In this document: positions 1 through 15,000 of the stretch, in pieces | Numbering within the stretch: the first letter of the stretch is position 1 | Layout of the letters: every line of letters begins with the position of its first letter | NCBI RefSeq assembly: GCF_009914755.1 | Contig: NC_060944.1 | Strand: one strand, 5' to 3' | DNA from: the human T2T-CHM13v2.0 reference genome, Homo sapiens | DNA length: 64,000 nt | The notes under the pieces: generated by a model | Seen by the model: only the letters and a program-made list of their open reading frames with translations | Database searches by the model: none | What the model was told of the DNA's origin: nothing | Translations under genes and position numbers: made by a program

Positions 1-6
1 TGGAAT

Positions 7-3000
7 CAACCAGAGTGGAATTGAGTGTAATGGATCGAAATGGAATGGAATGGAATGGAATAAACCTGAGTAGAATGCAATGGTAGGGAATGGAATCGAA
101 TGGAATGGAATGGCATTGAATGGAATCAACACGAGTGGAATGGAATGGAATGGATTGGATTGGAAAGTTATGGAATCAACCCGAATGGAATGTAATGGAA
201 AGGAATGGAATGGAATGCAGTGTAATTAACCCGAGTGGAATGGAATGGTATGGAGTGAAATGGAACGGAATGGAATGGTATGGAATGGAATGGAATGAAA
301 AGGAAAGGAAAGCAATGGAATCAAAACGAGTGGAATGGAATGGAATGTAAAGAAATGAAGTGGAATTCAATAGAATCAACACGAGTGGAATGAAATGGAA
401 AGGAATTTAACGGAATGGAATGGAATGGAATGGAATCCAATCCAATGAAAAGGAATGGAATGGAACGGAATAGAATGGAATGGAATGGAATGGAATGGAA
501 AAAATTCGAGTGGAATGGAATGGAATGCAAAGAAATATAATGAAAATCAATGGAATCCACCCGAATGGAAAGGAAAGGAATGGAATGGAATGGAATGGAA
601 TGGTATGGAGAGGAATGGAATTTAATGGAATGGAGAGGAATGGAATGGAATTGAATGGAATGGAATGCAAAGGAACGGAAAGGAATGGAATGGAATGGAA
701 TTGAATGGAGTCAACGCAAGTGTAATTGAATGGAATGGAATGGAATGGAATGGAATGGAATGGAATGGAATTGATTTGAATGGAATGGAATGCAATGGAA
801 TGGAATGGAATGGAATGGAATCAAATAGAATAGAAACGAATGGAATGGAATGGAATGCAGTGGAATGGAATGGAATGGAATCAACCCGTGTGGAATGTAA
901 GGCAAAGGAATGGAATGGAATGGAATGGAATCAACAGAATTGGAAGGGAAGGGAATGGAATAGAATGGAATGGAATGGAATGGAATCTACAAAAGTGGAA
1001 TGGAATGGAATGGAATACAATGGAATGGAATGGAATGGTATGGAATGGAATAAACCGGAGTGGAATGGAATGGAATGGAATGCAATGGATTCGATTGGAA
1101 CTTAATTAACCCGATTGGAATGGAGTGGAATGGAATGGAATGGAAAGAAGCCGATTGGAATGCAGTGGACTGAAAAGGAATGGAATTGAAAGGGATGGAA
1201 TGGAATGGAATGGAATGCAATGGAATGGAATGGAATGGAATGGAATCAACCCGAGTGGAATGGAATAGAATGGAATGGAATGCAATCAACCCAAGTGGAA
1301 TGGAAAGGAGTGGAATGGAATCGAATGGAATGGATTGGAATGGAATGGAATCGAATGCAATCAAATGGAATAGCATGGAAAGTAATGGAATGCAATGGAA
1401 AGGGATCAAGCCAGGTGGAATCGAAAGGAATGGAATGGAATTGAATGCAATGGAATTGAATGGAATCAAGCCGAGTGGAATGTAATGGCATGGAATGGAG
1501 TGGAATGGAATGGAAAGGAATGGAATGGATTCAACGCGATTGGAAAGGAATGGAATGGAATGGAATGGAATCAACCCGAGTGGAATGGAGTGCAACGGAA
1601 TGGAGTGAAATGGAATGGAATGGAATGGAATGGAATGGAATGGAATGGAATGGAATGGAATCAACGTGATTGTAAAGGAATGAAATGAAATGGAATGGAA
1701 TGGAATGCAATTGAATCAACTCGATTGGAAAGGAATGGTTGGAATGGAAATGAAAGGAATGGAATGGAATGAAATCAACCCGAATGGAATGGAATGGAAT
1801 GGAATTTAATGGAATGGAATGGAATGGAATGGAATGGAATGGAATGGAATGGAATGGAATGGAATGGAATCACCCAGAGTATAATTGAATGGAATGGAAT
1901 GGAATGGAATGGAATGGAATGGAATGGAATGGAATGGAAGGGAATGGAATGGAATGGATTCAAACCAAATGGAATGGAATGGAATGGATTGGAATGCAAT
2001 GGAATTGAATGGAATAAACTGAAGTGGAATGGTATAGAATGGAATGGAATGGATTGGAATGCAATGGAATGGGAAGGAATGGAATCAACTAGAATGGAAA
2101 GGAATGGAATGGAATGGAATGCAGTGGAATGGAATGGAATGGAATCAACCCCTGTGGAATGTAATGCAAAGGAATGGAAAGGAATGGAATGGAATAAACA
2201 AAAGTGGAATGGAAGGGAATGGAATAGAATGGAATGGAATGGAATGGAAAGCAATGGAGTCAACCCGAATGGAATCGAATGGAATGGAATGCAAAGGAAT
2301 GGAATGGAATGGAATGGAATGGACTGGAATGGGATGGAATGGAATGAAACCGAGTGGAGTGGAATGGAATTGAATGAAATGGAATGGAATAAACTGCAAA
2401 TGAAAGGAATGGAATGGAATGGAATGGAAACAACCAGAGTGGAATGGAATTGAATGGAATGGAATGGAATGGAATCAACACGAGTGGAATGGAATTGAAT
2501 CGAATGGAATGGAATGGAATCAACCAGAGTGGAATGGAATTGAATGGAATGGAATGGAATTAACCCGAGTGAAATGGAATGGAAAGGAATGGAATGGAAT
2601 TTAATGGAATGGAATTGAATGGAATCAACCTGAGTGGACTGAAATGAAATGGAGTGGAATGGAAAGCAATGGAATTGAATGGAATCACCCAGAGTTGAAT
2701 GGAATTGAATGGAATGGAATCAACCCAAATGGAATGTAATGAAATGGAATTGAATGGAATTACCCCGAGTGAAATGGCATGGAAAGGAACGGAATAGAAT
2801 TTAATGGAATGGAATGGCATGCAATGGAATCAACCCGATTGGAATGGAATGGCATGAAATGGAATGCAATGCAATGGAATGGAACCAATAAGAGTGAAAT
2901 GGATTGGAATGGAATGGAATGGAATGAAAGGGAATGGAAACAACGCGAGTGGAATGGAATGGAATGGAATGCAACGGAATGGAATGGAATGCAATGGAAT

Positions 3001-6000
3001 GGAATGGAATACACCAGAGTGGAATGGAATAGAATGGAATGGAATGGAGTGGAATCAACCCCAGTGGAATGGAACGGAATGGAATGGAATGGAATGGAAT
3101 GGAATGCAATGGAATGGAATGGAATGGATTGGAATCAAAACGAGTGTAATGGAACGGAATGGAAAGGAATGGAATGGAATGAAATCAACCCGAGTGGAAT
3201 GGAATGGAATGGAATGGAATGGGATGGAATAGAATGAAATGACGTGGATTGGAATCAATCTGAGTGGAATGGAAAGGAATAGAAAGGAATGGAATTGAAG
3301 AGAATGGAATGGAATGGAATGGAATGGAACGGAATTTAAAGGAATCAACCAGAATGGAATTGACTGTAACGGACGGGAATGGAATGGAATGGAATGGAAT
3401 GGAATGGAATGGAATAGAGTGGATTGGAATCAATCTGAGTGGAATGGAAAGGAATGGAAAGGAATGGAATTGAAGAGAATTGAATGGAATGGAACGGAAT
3501 GGAATGGAATGGAATGGAATGGAATGCAATGCAATGGAATCAACCAGAGTGGAATTGAGTGTAATGGATCGAAATGGAATGGAATGGAATGGAATAAACC
3601 TGAGTAGAATGCAATGGTAGGGAATGGAATCGAATGGAATGGAATGGCATTGAATGGAATCAACACGAGTGGAATGGAATGGAATGGATTGGATTGGAAA
3701 GTTATGGAATCAACCCGAATGGAATGTAATGGAAAGGAATGGAATGGAATGCAGTGTAATTAACCCGAGTGGAATGGAATGGTATGGAGTGAAATGGAAC
3801 GGAATGGAATGGTATGGAATGGAATGGAATGAAAAGGAAAGGAAAGCAATGGAATCAAAACGAGTGGAATGGAATGGAATGTAAAGAAATGAAGTGGAAT
3901 TCAATAGAATCAACACGAGTGGAATGAAATGGAAAGGAATTTAACGGAATGGAATGGAATGGAATGGAATCCAATCCAATGAAAAGGAATGGAATGGAAC
4001 GGAATAGAATGGAATGGAATGGAATGGAATGGAAAAAATTCGAGTGGAATGGAATGGAATGCAAAGTAATATAATGAAAATCAATGGAATCCACCCGAAT
4101 GGAAAGGAAAGGAATGGAATGGAATGGAATGGAATGGAATGGAATGGAATGGAATGGTATGGAGAGGAATGGAATTTAATGGAATGGAGAGGAATGGAAT
4201 GGAATTGAATGGAATGGAATGCAAAGGAACGGAAAGGAATGGAATGGAATGGAATTGAATGGAGTCAACGCAAGTGTAATGGAATGGAATGGAATGGAAT
4301 GGAATGGAATGGAATGGAATGGAATTGATTTGAATGGAATGGAATCAACTGGAATGGAATGCAATGGAATGGAATGGAATGGAATGGAATCAAATAGAAT
4401 AGAAACGAATGGAATGGAATGGAATGCAGTGGAATGGAATGGAATGGAATCAACCTGTGTGGAATGTAAGGCAAAGGAATGGAATGGAATGGAATGGAAT
4501 CAACAAAATTGGAAGGGAAGGGAATGGAATAGAATGGAATGGAATGGAATGGAATCTACAAAAGTGGAATGGAATGGAATGGAATACAATGGAATGGAAT
4601 GGAATGGAATGGAATGGAATAAACCGGAGTGGAATGGAATGGAATGGAATGCAATGGATTCGATTGGAACTTAATTAACCCGATTGGAATGGAGTGGAAT
4701 GGAATGGAATGGAAAGAAGCCGATTGGAATGCAGTGGACTGAAAAGGAATGGAATTGAAAGGGATGGAATGGAATGGAATGGAATGCAATGGAATGGAAT
4801 GGAATGGAATGGAATCAACCCGAGTGGAATGGAATAGAATGGAATGGAATGCAATCAACCCAAGTGGAATGGAAAGGAGTGGAATGGAATCGAATGGAAT
4901 GGATTGGAATGGAATGGAATCGAATGCAATCGAATGGAATAGCATGGAAAGTAATGGAATGCAATGGAAAGGAATCAAGCCAGGTGGAATCGAAAGGAAT
5001 GGAATGGAATTGAATGCAATGGAATTGAATGGAATCAAGCCGAGTGGAATGTAATGGCATGGAATGGAGTGGAATGGAATGGAAAGGAATGGAATGGATT
5101 CAACGCGATTGGAAAGGAATGGAATGGAATGGAATGGAATCAACCCGAGTGGAATGGAGTGCAATGGAATGGAATGGAATGGAATGGAATGGAATGGAAT
5201 GGAATGGAATGGAATCAACGTGATTGTAAAGGAATGAAATGAAATGGAATGGAATGGAATGCAATTGAATCAACTCGATTGGAAAGGAATGGTTGGAATG
5301 GAAATGAAAGGAATGGAATGGAATGAAATCAACCCGAATGGAATGGAATGGAATGGAATGGAATGGAATGGAATGGAATGGAATTTAATGGAATGGAATG
5401 GAATGGAATGGAATGGAATGGAATGGAATGGAATGGAATGGAATGGAATGGAATCACCCAGAGTATAATTGAATGGAATGGAATGGAATGGAATGGAATG
5501 GAAGGGAATGGAATGGAATGGATTCAAACCAAATGGAATGGAATGGAATGGATTGGAATGCAATGGAATTGAATGGAATAAACTGAAGTGGAATGGTATA
5601 GAATGGAATGGAATGGATTGGAATGCAATGGAATGGGAAGGAATGGAATCAACTAGAATGGAAAGGAATGGAATGGAATGGAATGCAGTGGAATGGAATG
5701 GAATGGAATCAACCCCTGTGGAATGTAATGCAAAGGAATGGAAAGGAATGGAATGGAATAAACAAAAGTGGAATGGTAGGGAATGGAATAGAATGGAATG
5801 GAATGGAATGGAAAGCAATGGAGTCAACCCGAATGGAATCGAATGGAATGGAATGCAAAGGAATGGAATGGAATGGAATGGAATGGACTGGAATGGGATG
5901 GAATGGAATGAAACCGAGTGGAGTGGAATGGAATTGAATGAAATGGAATGGAATAAACTGCAAATGAAAGGAATGGAATGGAATGGAATGGAAACAACCA

Positions 6001-9000
6001 GAGTGGAATGGAATTGAATGGAATGGAATGGAATGGAATCAACCCGAGTGGAATGGAATTGAATCGAATGGAATGGAATGGAATCAACCAGAGTGGAATG
6101 GAATTGAATGGAATGGAATGGAATTAACCCGAGTGAAATGGAATGGAAAGGAATGGAATGGAATTTAATGGAATGGAATTGAATGGAATCAACCTGAGTG
6201 GACTGAAATGAAATGGAGTGGAATGGAAAGCAATGGAATTGAATGGAATCTCCCAGAGTTGAATGGAATTGAATGGAATGGAATCAACCCAAATGGAATG
6301 TAATGAAATGGAATTGAATGGAATTACCCCGAGTGAAATGGCATGGAAAGGAACGGAATAGAATTTAATGGAATGGAATGGAATGCAATGGAATCAACCT
6401 GATTGGAATGGAATGGCATGAAATGGAATGCAATGCAATGGAATGGAACCAATAAGAGTGAAATGGATTGGAATGGAATGGAATGGAATGAAAGGGAATG
6501 GAAACAACGCGAGTGGAATGGAATGGAATGGAATGCAACGGAATGGAATGGAATGCAATGGAATGGAATGGAATACACCAGAGTGGAATGGAATAGAATG
6601 GAATGGAATGGAGTGGAATCAACCCCAGTGGAATGGAACGGAATGGAATGGAATGGAATGGAATGGAATGGAATGGAATGCAATGGAATGGAATGGAATG
6701 GATTGGAATCAAACCGAGTGTAATGGAATGGAATGGAAAGGAATGGAATGGAATGAAATCAACCCGAGTGGAATGGAATGGAATGGAATGGGATGGAATA
6801 GAATGAAATGACGTGGATTGGAATCAATCTGAGTGGAATGGAAAGGAATAGAAAGGAATGGAATTGAAGAGAATGGAATGGAATGGAATGGAAAGGAACG
6901 GAATTTAAAGGAATCAACCAGAATGGAATTGACTGTAACGGACGGGAATGGAATGGAATGGAATGGAATGGAATGGAATGGAATGGAATGGAATGGAATA
7001 GAGTGGATTGGAATCAATCTGAGTGGAATGGAAAGGAATGGAAAGGAATGGAATTGAAGAGAATTGAATGGAATGGAACGGAATGGAATGGAATGGAATG
7101 GAATGCAATGGAATGCAATGGAATCAACCAGAGTGGAATTGAGTGTAATGGATCGAAATGGAATGGAATGGAATGGAATAAACCTGAGTAGAATGCAATG
7201 GTAGGGAATGGAATCGAATGGAATGGAATGGCATTGAATGGAATCAACACGAGTGGAATGGAATGGAATGGATTGGATTGGAAAGTTATGGAATCAACCC
7301 GAATGGAATGTAATGGAAAGGAATGGAATGGAATGCAGTGTAATTAACCCGAGTGGAATGGAATGGTATGGAGTGAAATGGAACGGAATGGAATGGTATG
7401 GAATGGAATGGAATGAAAAGGAAAGGAAAGCAATGGAATCAAAACGAGTGGAATGGAATGGAATGTAAAGAAATGAAGTGGAATTCAATAGAATCAACAC
7501 GAGTGGAATGAAATGGAAAGGAATTTAACGGAATGGAATGGAATGGAATGGAATCCAATCCAATGAAAAGGAATGGAATGGAACGGAATAGAATGGAATG
7601 GAATGGAATGGAATGGAAAAAATTCGAGTGGAATGGAATGGAATGCAAAGAAATATAATGAAAATCAATGGAATCCACCCGAATGGAAAGGAAAGGAATG
7701 GAATGGAATGGAATGGAATGGTATGGAGAGGAATGGAATTTAATGGAATGGAGAGGAATGGAATGGAATTGAATGGAATGGAATGCAAAGGAACGGAAAG
7801 GAATGGAATGGAATGGAATTGAATGGAGTCAACGCAAGTGTAATTGAATGGAATGGAATGGAATGGAATGGAATGGAATGGAATGGAATTGATTTGAATG
7901 GAATGGAATGCAATGGAATGGAATGGAATGGAATGGAATCAAATAGAATAGAAACGAATGGAATGGAATGGAATGCAGTGGAATGGAATGGAATGGAATC
8001 AACCCGTGTGGAATGTAAGGCAAAGGAATGGAATGGAATGGAATGGAATCAACAGAATTGGAAGGGAAGGGAATGGAATAGAATGGAATGGAATGGAATG
8101 GAATGGAATCTACAAAAGTGGAATGGAATGGAATGGAATACAATGGAATGGAATGGAATGGTATGGAATGGAATAAACCGGAGTGGAATGGAATGGAATG
8201 GAATGCAATGGATTCGATTGGAACTTAATTAACCCGATTGGAATGGAGTGGAATGGAATGGAATGGAAAGAAGCCGATTGGAATGCAGTGGACTGAAAAG
8301 GAATGGAATTGAAAGGGATGGAATGGAATGGAATGGAATGCAATGGAATGGAATGGAATGGAATGGAATCAACCCGAGTGGAATGGAATAGAATGGAATG
8401 GAATGCAATCAACCCAAGTGGAATGGAAAGGAGTGGAATGGAATCGAATGGAATGGATTGGAATGGAATGGAATCGAATGCAATCAAATGGAATAGCATG
8501 GAAAGTAATGGAATGCAATGGAAAGGGATCAAGCCAGGTGGAATCGAAAGGAATGGAATGGAATTGAATGCAATGGAATTGAATGGAATCAAGCCGAGTG
8601 GAATGTAATGGCATGGAATGGAGTGGAATGGAATGGAAAGGAATGGAATGGATTCAACGCGATTGGAAAGGAATGGAATGGAATGGAATGGAATCAACCC
8701 GAGTGGAATGGAGTGCAACGGAATGGAGTGAAATGGAATGGAATGGAATGGAATGGAATGGAATGGAATGGAATGGAATGGAATGGAATCAACGTGATTG
8801 TAAAGGAATGAAATGAAATGGAATGGAATGGAATGCAATTGAATCAACTCGATTGGAAAGGAATGGTTGGAATGGAAATGAAAGGAATGGAATGGAATGA
8901 AATCAACCCGAATGGAATGGAATGGAATGGAATTTAATGGAATGGAATGGAATGGAATGGAATGGAATGGAATGGAATGGAATCACCCAGAGTATAATTG

Positions 9001-12000
9001 AATGGAATGGAATGGAATGGAATGGAATGGAATGGAATGGAAGGGAATGGAATGGAATGGATTCAAACCAAATGGAATGGAATGGAATGGATTGGAATGC
9101 AATGGAATTGAATGGAATAAACTGAAGTGGAATGGTATAGAATGGAATGGAATGGATTGGAATGCAATGGAATGGGAAGGAATGGAATCAACTAGAATGG
9201 AAAGGAATGGAATGGAATGGAATGCAGTGGAATGGAATGGAATGGAATCAACCCCTGTGGAATGTAATGCAAAGGAATGGAAAGGAATGGAATGGAATAA
9301 ACAAAAGTGGAATGGAAGGGAATGGAATAGAATGGAATGGAATGGAATGGAAAGCAATGGAGTCAACCCGAATGGAATCGAATGGAATGGAATGCAAAGG
9401 AATGGAATGGAATGGAATGGAATGGACTGGAATGGGATGGAATGGAATGAAACCGAGTGGAGTGGAATGGAATTGAATGAAATGGAATGGAATAAACTGC
9501 AAATGAAAGGAATGGAATGGAATGGAATGGAAACAACCAGAGTGGAATGGAATTGAATGGAATGGAATGGAATGGAATCAACACGAGTGGAATGGAATTG
9601 AATCGAATGGAATGGAATGGAATCAACCAGAGTGGAATGGAATTGAATGGAATGGAATGGAATTAACCCGAGTGAAATGGAATGGAAAGGAATGGAATGG
9701 AATTTAATGGAATGGAATTGAATGGAATCAACCTGAGTGGACTGAAATGAAATGGAGTGGAATGGAAAGCAATGGAATTGAATGGAATCACCCAGAGTTG
9801 AATGGAATTGAATGGAATGGAATCAACCCAAATGGAATGTAATGAAATGGAATTGAATGGAATTACCCCGAGTGAAATGGCATGGAAAGGAACGGAATAG
9901 AATTTAATGGAATGGAATGGCATGCAATGGAATCAACCCGATTGGAATGGAATGGCATGAAATGGAATGCAATGCAATGGAATGGAACCAATAAGAGTGA
10001 AATGGATTGGAATGGAATGGAATGGAATGAAAGGGAATGGAAACAACGCGAGTGGAATGGAATGGAATGGAATGCAACGGAATGGAATGGAATGCAATGG
10101 AATGGAATGGAATACACCAGAGTGGAATGGAATAGAATGGAATGGAATGGAGTGGAATCAACCCCAGTGGAATGGAACGGGATGGAATGGAATGGAATGG
10201 AATGGAATGGAATGGAATGGAATGGAATGCAATGGAATGGAATGGAATGGATTGGAATCAAACCGAGTGTAATGGAACGGAATGGAAAGGAATGGAATGG
10301 AATGAAATCAACCCGAGTGGAATGGAATGGAATGGAATGGAATGGGATGGAATAGAATGAAATGACGTGGATTGGAATCAATCTGAGTGGAATGGAAAGG
10401 AATAGAAAGGAATGGAATTGAAGAGAATGGAATGGAATGGAATGGAAAGGAACGGAATTGAAAGGAATCAACCAGAATGGAATTGACTGTAACGGACGGG
10501 AATGGAATGGAATGGAATGGAATGGAATGGAATGGAATGGAATGGAATAGAGTGGATTGGAATCAATCTGAGTGGAATGGAAAGGAATGGAAAGGAATGG
10601 AATTGAAGAGAATTGAATGGAATGGAACGGAATGGAATGGAATGGAATGGAATGGAATGCAATGCAATGGAATCAACCAGAGTGGAATTGAGTGTAATGG
10701 ATCGAAATGGAATGGAATGGAATGGAATAAACCTGAGTAGAATGCAATGGTAGGGAATGGAATCGAATGGAATGGAATGGCATTGAATGGAATCAACACG
10801 AGTGGAATGGAATGGAATGGATTGGATTGGAAAGTTATGGAATCAACCCGAATGGAATGTAATGGAAAGGAATGGAATGGAATGCAGTGTAATTAACCCG
10901 AGTGGAATGGAATGGTATGGAGTGAAATGGAACGGAATGGAATGGTATGGAATGGAATGGAATGAAAAGGAAAGGAAAGCAATGGAATCAAAACGAGTGG
11001 AATGGAATGGAATGTAAAGAAATGAAGTGGAATTCAATAGAATCAACACGAGTGGAATGAAATGGAAAGGAATTTAACGGAATGGAATGGAATGGAATGG
11101 AATCCAATCCAATGAAAAGGAATGGAATGGAACGGAATAGAATGGAATGGAATGGAATGGAATGGAAAAAATTCGAGTGGAATGGAATGGAATGCAAAGT
11201 AATATAATGAAAATCAATGGAATCCACCCGAATGGAAAGGAAAGGAATGGAATGGAATGGAATGGAATGGAATGGAATGGAATGGAATGGAATGGTATGG
11301 AGAGGAATGGAATTTAATGGAATGGAGAGGAATGGAATGGAATTGAATGGAATGGAATGCAAAGGAACGGAAAGGAATGGAATGGAATGGAATTGAATGG
11401 AGTCAACGCAAGTGTAATGGAATGGAATGGAATGGAATGGAATGGAATGGAATGGAATGGAATTGATTTGAATGGAATGGAATCAACTGGAATGGAATGC
11501 AATGGAATGGAATGGAATGGAATGGAATCAAATAGAATAGAAACGAATGGAATGGAATGGAATGCAGTGGAATGGAATGGAATGGAATCAACCCGTGTGG
11601 AATGTAAGGCAAAGGAATGGAATGGAATGGAATGGAAACAACAAAATTGGAAGGGAAGGGAATGGAATAGAATGGAATGGAATGGAATGGAATCTACAAA
11701 AGTGGAATGGAATGGAATGGAATACAATGGAATGGAATGGAATGGAATGGAATGGAATAAACCGGAGTGGAATGGAATGGAATGGAATGCAATGGATTCG
11801 ATTGGAACTTAATTAACCCGATTGGAATGGAGTGGAATGGAATGGAATGGAAAGAAGCCGATTGGAATGCAGTGGACTGAAAAGGAATGGAATTGAAAGG
11901 GATGGAATGGAATGGAATGGAATGCAATGGAATGGAATGGAATGGAATGGAATCAACGCGAGTGGAATGGAATAGAATGGAATGGAATGCAATCAACCCA

Positions 12001-15000
12001 AGTGGAATGGAAAGGAGTGGAATGGAATCGAATGGAATGGATTGGAATGGAATGGAATCGAATGCAATCGAATGGAATAGCATGGAAAGTAATGGAATGC
12101 AATGGAAAGGAATCAAGCCAGGTGGAATCGAAAGGAATGGAATGGAATTGAATGCAATGGAATTGAATGGAATCAAGCCGAGTGGAATGTAATGGCATGG
12201 AATGGAGTGGAATGGAATGGAAAGGAATGGAATGGATTCAACGCGATTGGAAAGGAATGGAATGGAATGGAATGGAATCAACCCGAGTGGAATGGAGTGC
12301 AATGGAATGGAATGGAATGGAATGGAATGGAATGGAATGGAATGGAATGGAATCAACGTGATTGTAAAGGAATGAAATGAAATGGAATGGAATGGAATGC
12401 AATTGAATCAACTCGATTGGAAAGGAATGGTTGGAATGGAAATGAAAGGAATGGAATGGAATGAAATCAACCCGAATGGAATGGAATGGAATGGAATGGA
12501 ATGGAATGGAATGGAATGGAATTTAATGGAATGGAATGGAATGGAATGGAATGGAATGGAATGGAATGGAATCACCCAGAGTATAATTGAATGGAATGGA
12601 ATGGAATGGAATGGAATGGAAGGGAATGGAATGGAATGGATTCAAACCAAATGGAATGGAATGGAATGGATTGGAATGCAATGGAATTGAATGGAATAAA
12701 CTGAAGTGGAATGGTATAGAATGGAATGGAATGGATTGGAATGCAATGGAATGGGAAGGAATGGAATCAACTAGAATGGAAAGGAATGGAATGGAATGGA
12801 ATGCAGTGGAATGGAATGGAATGGAATCAACCCCTGTGGAATGTAATGCAAAGGAATGGAAAGGAATGGAATGGAATAAACAAAAGTGGAATGGAAGGGA
12901 ATGGAATAGAATGGAATGGAATGGAATGGAAAGTAATGGAGTCAACCCGAATGGAATCGAATGGAATGGAATGCAAAGGAATGGAATGGAATGGAATGGA
13001 ATGGACTGGAATGGGATGGAATGGAATGAAACCGAGTGGAGTGGAATGGAATTGAATGAAATGGAATGGAATAAACTGCAAATGAAAGGAATGGAATGGA
13101 ATGGAATGGAAACAACCAGAGTGGAATGGAATTGAATGGAATGGAATGGAATGGAATCAACCCGAGTGGAATGGAATTGAATCGAATGGAATGGAATGGA
13201 ATCAACCAGAGTGGAATGGAATTGAATGGAATGGAATGGAATTAACCCGAGTGAAATGGAATGGAAAGGAATGGAATGGAATTTAATGGAATGGAATTGA
13301 ATGGAATCAACCTGAGTGGACTGAAATGAAATGGAGTGGAATGGAAAGCAATGGAATTGAATGGAATCACCCAGAGTTGAATGGAATTGAATGGAATGGA
13401 ATCAACCCAAATGGAATGTAATGAAATGGAATTGAATGGAATTACCCCGAGTGAAATGGCATGGAAAGGAACGGAATAGAATTTAATGGAATGGAATGGC
13501 ATGCAATGGAATCAACCCGATTGGAATGGAATGGCATGAAATGGAATGCAATGCAATGGAATGGAACCAATAAGAGTGAAATGGATTGGAATGGAATGGA
13601 ATGGAATGAAAGGGAATGGAAACAACGCGAGTGGAATGGAATGGAATGGAATGCAACGGAATGGAATGGAATGCAATGGAATGGAATGGAATACACCAGA
13701 GTGCAATGGAATAGAATGGAATGGAATGGAGTGGAATCAACCCCAGTGGAATGGAACGGAATGGAATGGAGTGGAATGGAACGGAATGTAATGGAATGGA
13801 ATGGAATGGAATGGAATGCAATGGAATGGAATGGAATGGATTGGAATCAAACCGAGTGTAATGGAATGGAATGGAAAGGAATGGAATGGAATGAAATCAA
13901 CCCGAGTGGAATGGAATGGAATGGAATGGAATGGGATGGAATAGAATGAAATGACGTGGATTGGAATCAATCTGAGTGGAATGGAAAGGAATAGAAAGGA
14001 ATGGAATTGAAGAGAATGGAATGGAATGGAATGGAATGGAACGGAATTTAAAGGAATCAACCAGAATGGAATTGACTGTAACGGACGGGAATGGAATGGA
14101 ATGGAATGGAATGGCATGGAATGGTATGGAATGGAATAGAGTGGATTGGAATCAATCTGAGTGGAATGGAAAGGAATGGAAAGGAATGGAATTGAAGAGA
14201 ATTGAATGGAATGGAACGGAATGGAATGGAATGGAATGGAATGGAATGCAATGCAATGGAATCAACCAGAGTGGAATTGAGTGTAATGGATCGAAATGGA
14301 ATGGAATGGAATGGAATAAACCTGAGTAGAATGCAATGGTAGGGAATGGAATCGAATGGAATGGAATGGCATTGAATGGAATCAACACGAGTGGAATGGA
14401 ATGGAATGGATTGGATTGGAAAGTTATGGAATCAACCCGAATGGAATGTAATGGAAAGGAATGGAATGGAATGCAGTGTAATTAACCCGAGTGGAATGGA
14501 ATGGTATGGAGTGAAATGGAACGGAATGGAATGGTATGGAATGGAATGGAATGAAAAGGAAAGGAAAGCAATGGAATCAAAACGAGTGGAATGGAATGGA
14601 ATGTAAAGAAATGAAGTGGAATTCAATAGAATCAACACGAGTGGAATGAAATGGAAAGGAATTTAACGGAATGGAATGGAATGGAATGGAATCCAATCCA
14701 ATGAAAAGGAATGGAATGGAACGGAATAGAATGGAATGGAATGGAATGGAATGGAAAAAATTCGAGTGGAATGGAATGGAATGCAAAGTAATATAATGAA
14801 AATGAATGGAATCCACCCGAATGGAAAGGAAAGGAATGGAATGGAATGGAATGGAATGGAATGGAATGGTATGGAGAGGAATGGAATTTAATGGAATGGA
14901 GAGGAATGGAATGGAATTGAATGGAATGGAATGCAAAGGAACGGAAAGGAATGGAATGGAATGGAATTGAATGGAGTCAACGCAAGTGTAATTGAATGGA

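Noticed and set aside
120-350. 76-aa ORF almost invariant in 13 copies
   Set aside because: Reflects DNA-level homogenisation of a segment with short GGAAT runs; the overlapping minus-strand ORF is equally conserved. Used only as a positional marker.
495-512. GAA...TTC combinations (GGAAAAAATTCG, GGAATGGATTCG, TTCAATAGAA) as heat-shock elements
   Set aside because: The spacing is 4 nt rather than the 2 nt of nGAAnnTTCn; I found no canonical inverted HSE by eye.
7-3540. Assignment to Y-chromosome DYZ1 from the ~3.56 kb period
   Set aside because: No HaeIII site seen, pentamer purity looks too high and CAACCCGAGT is abundant; size alone is insufficient. Alignment is needed to exclude it formally.
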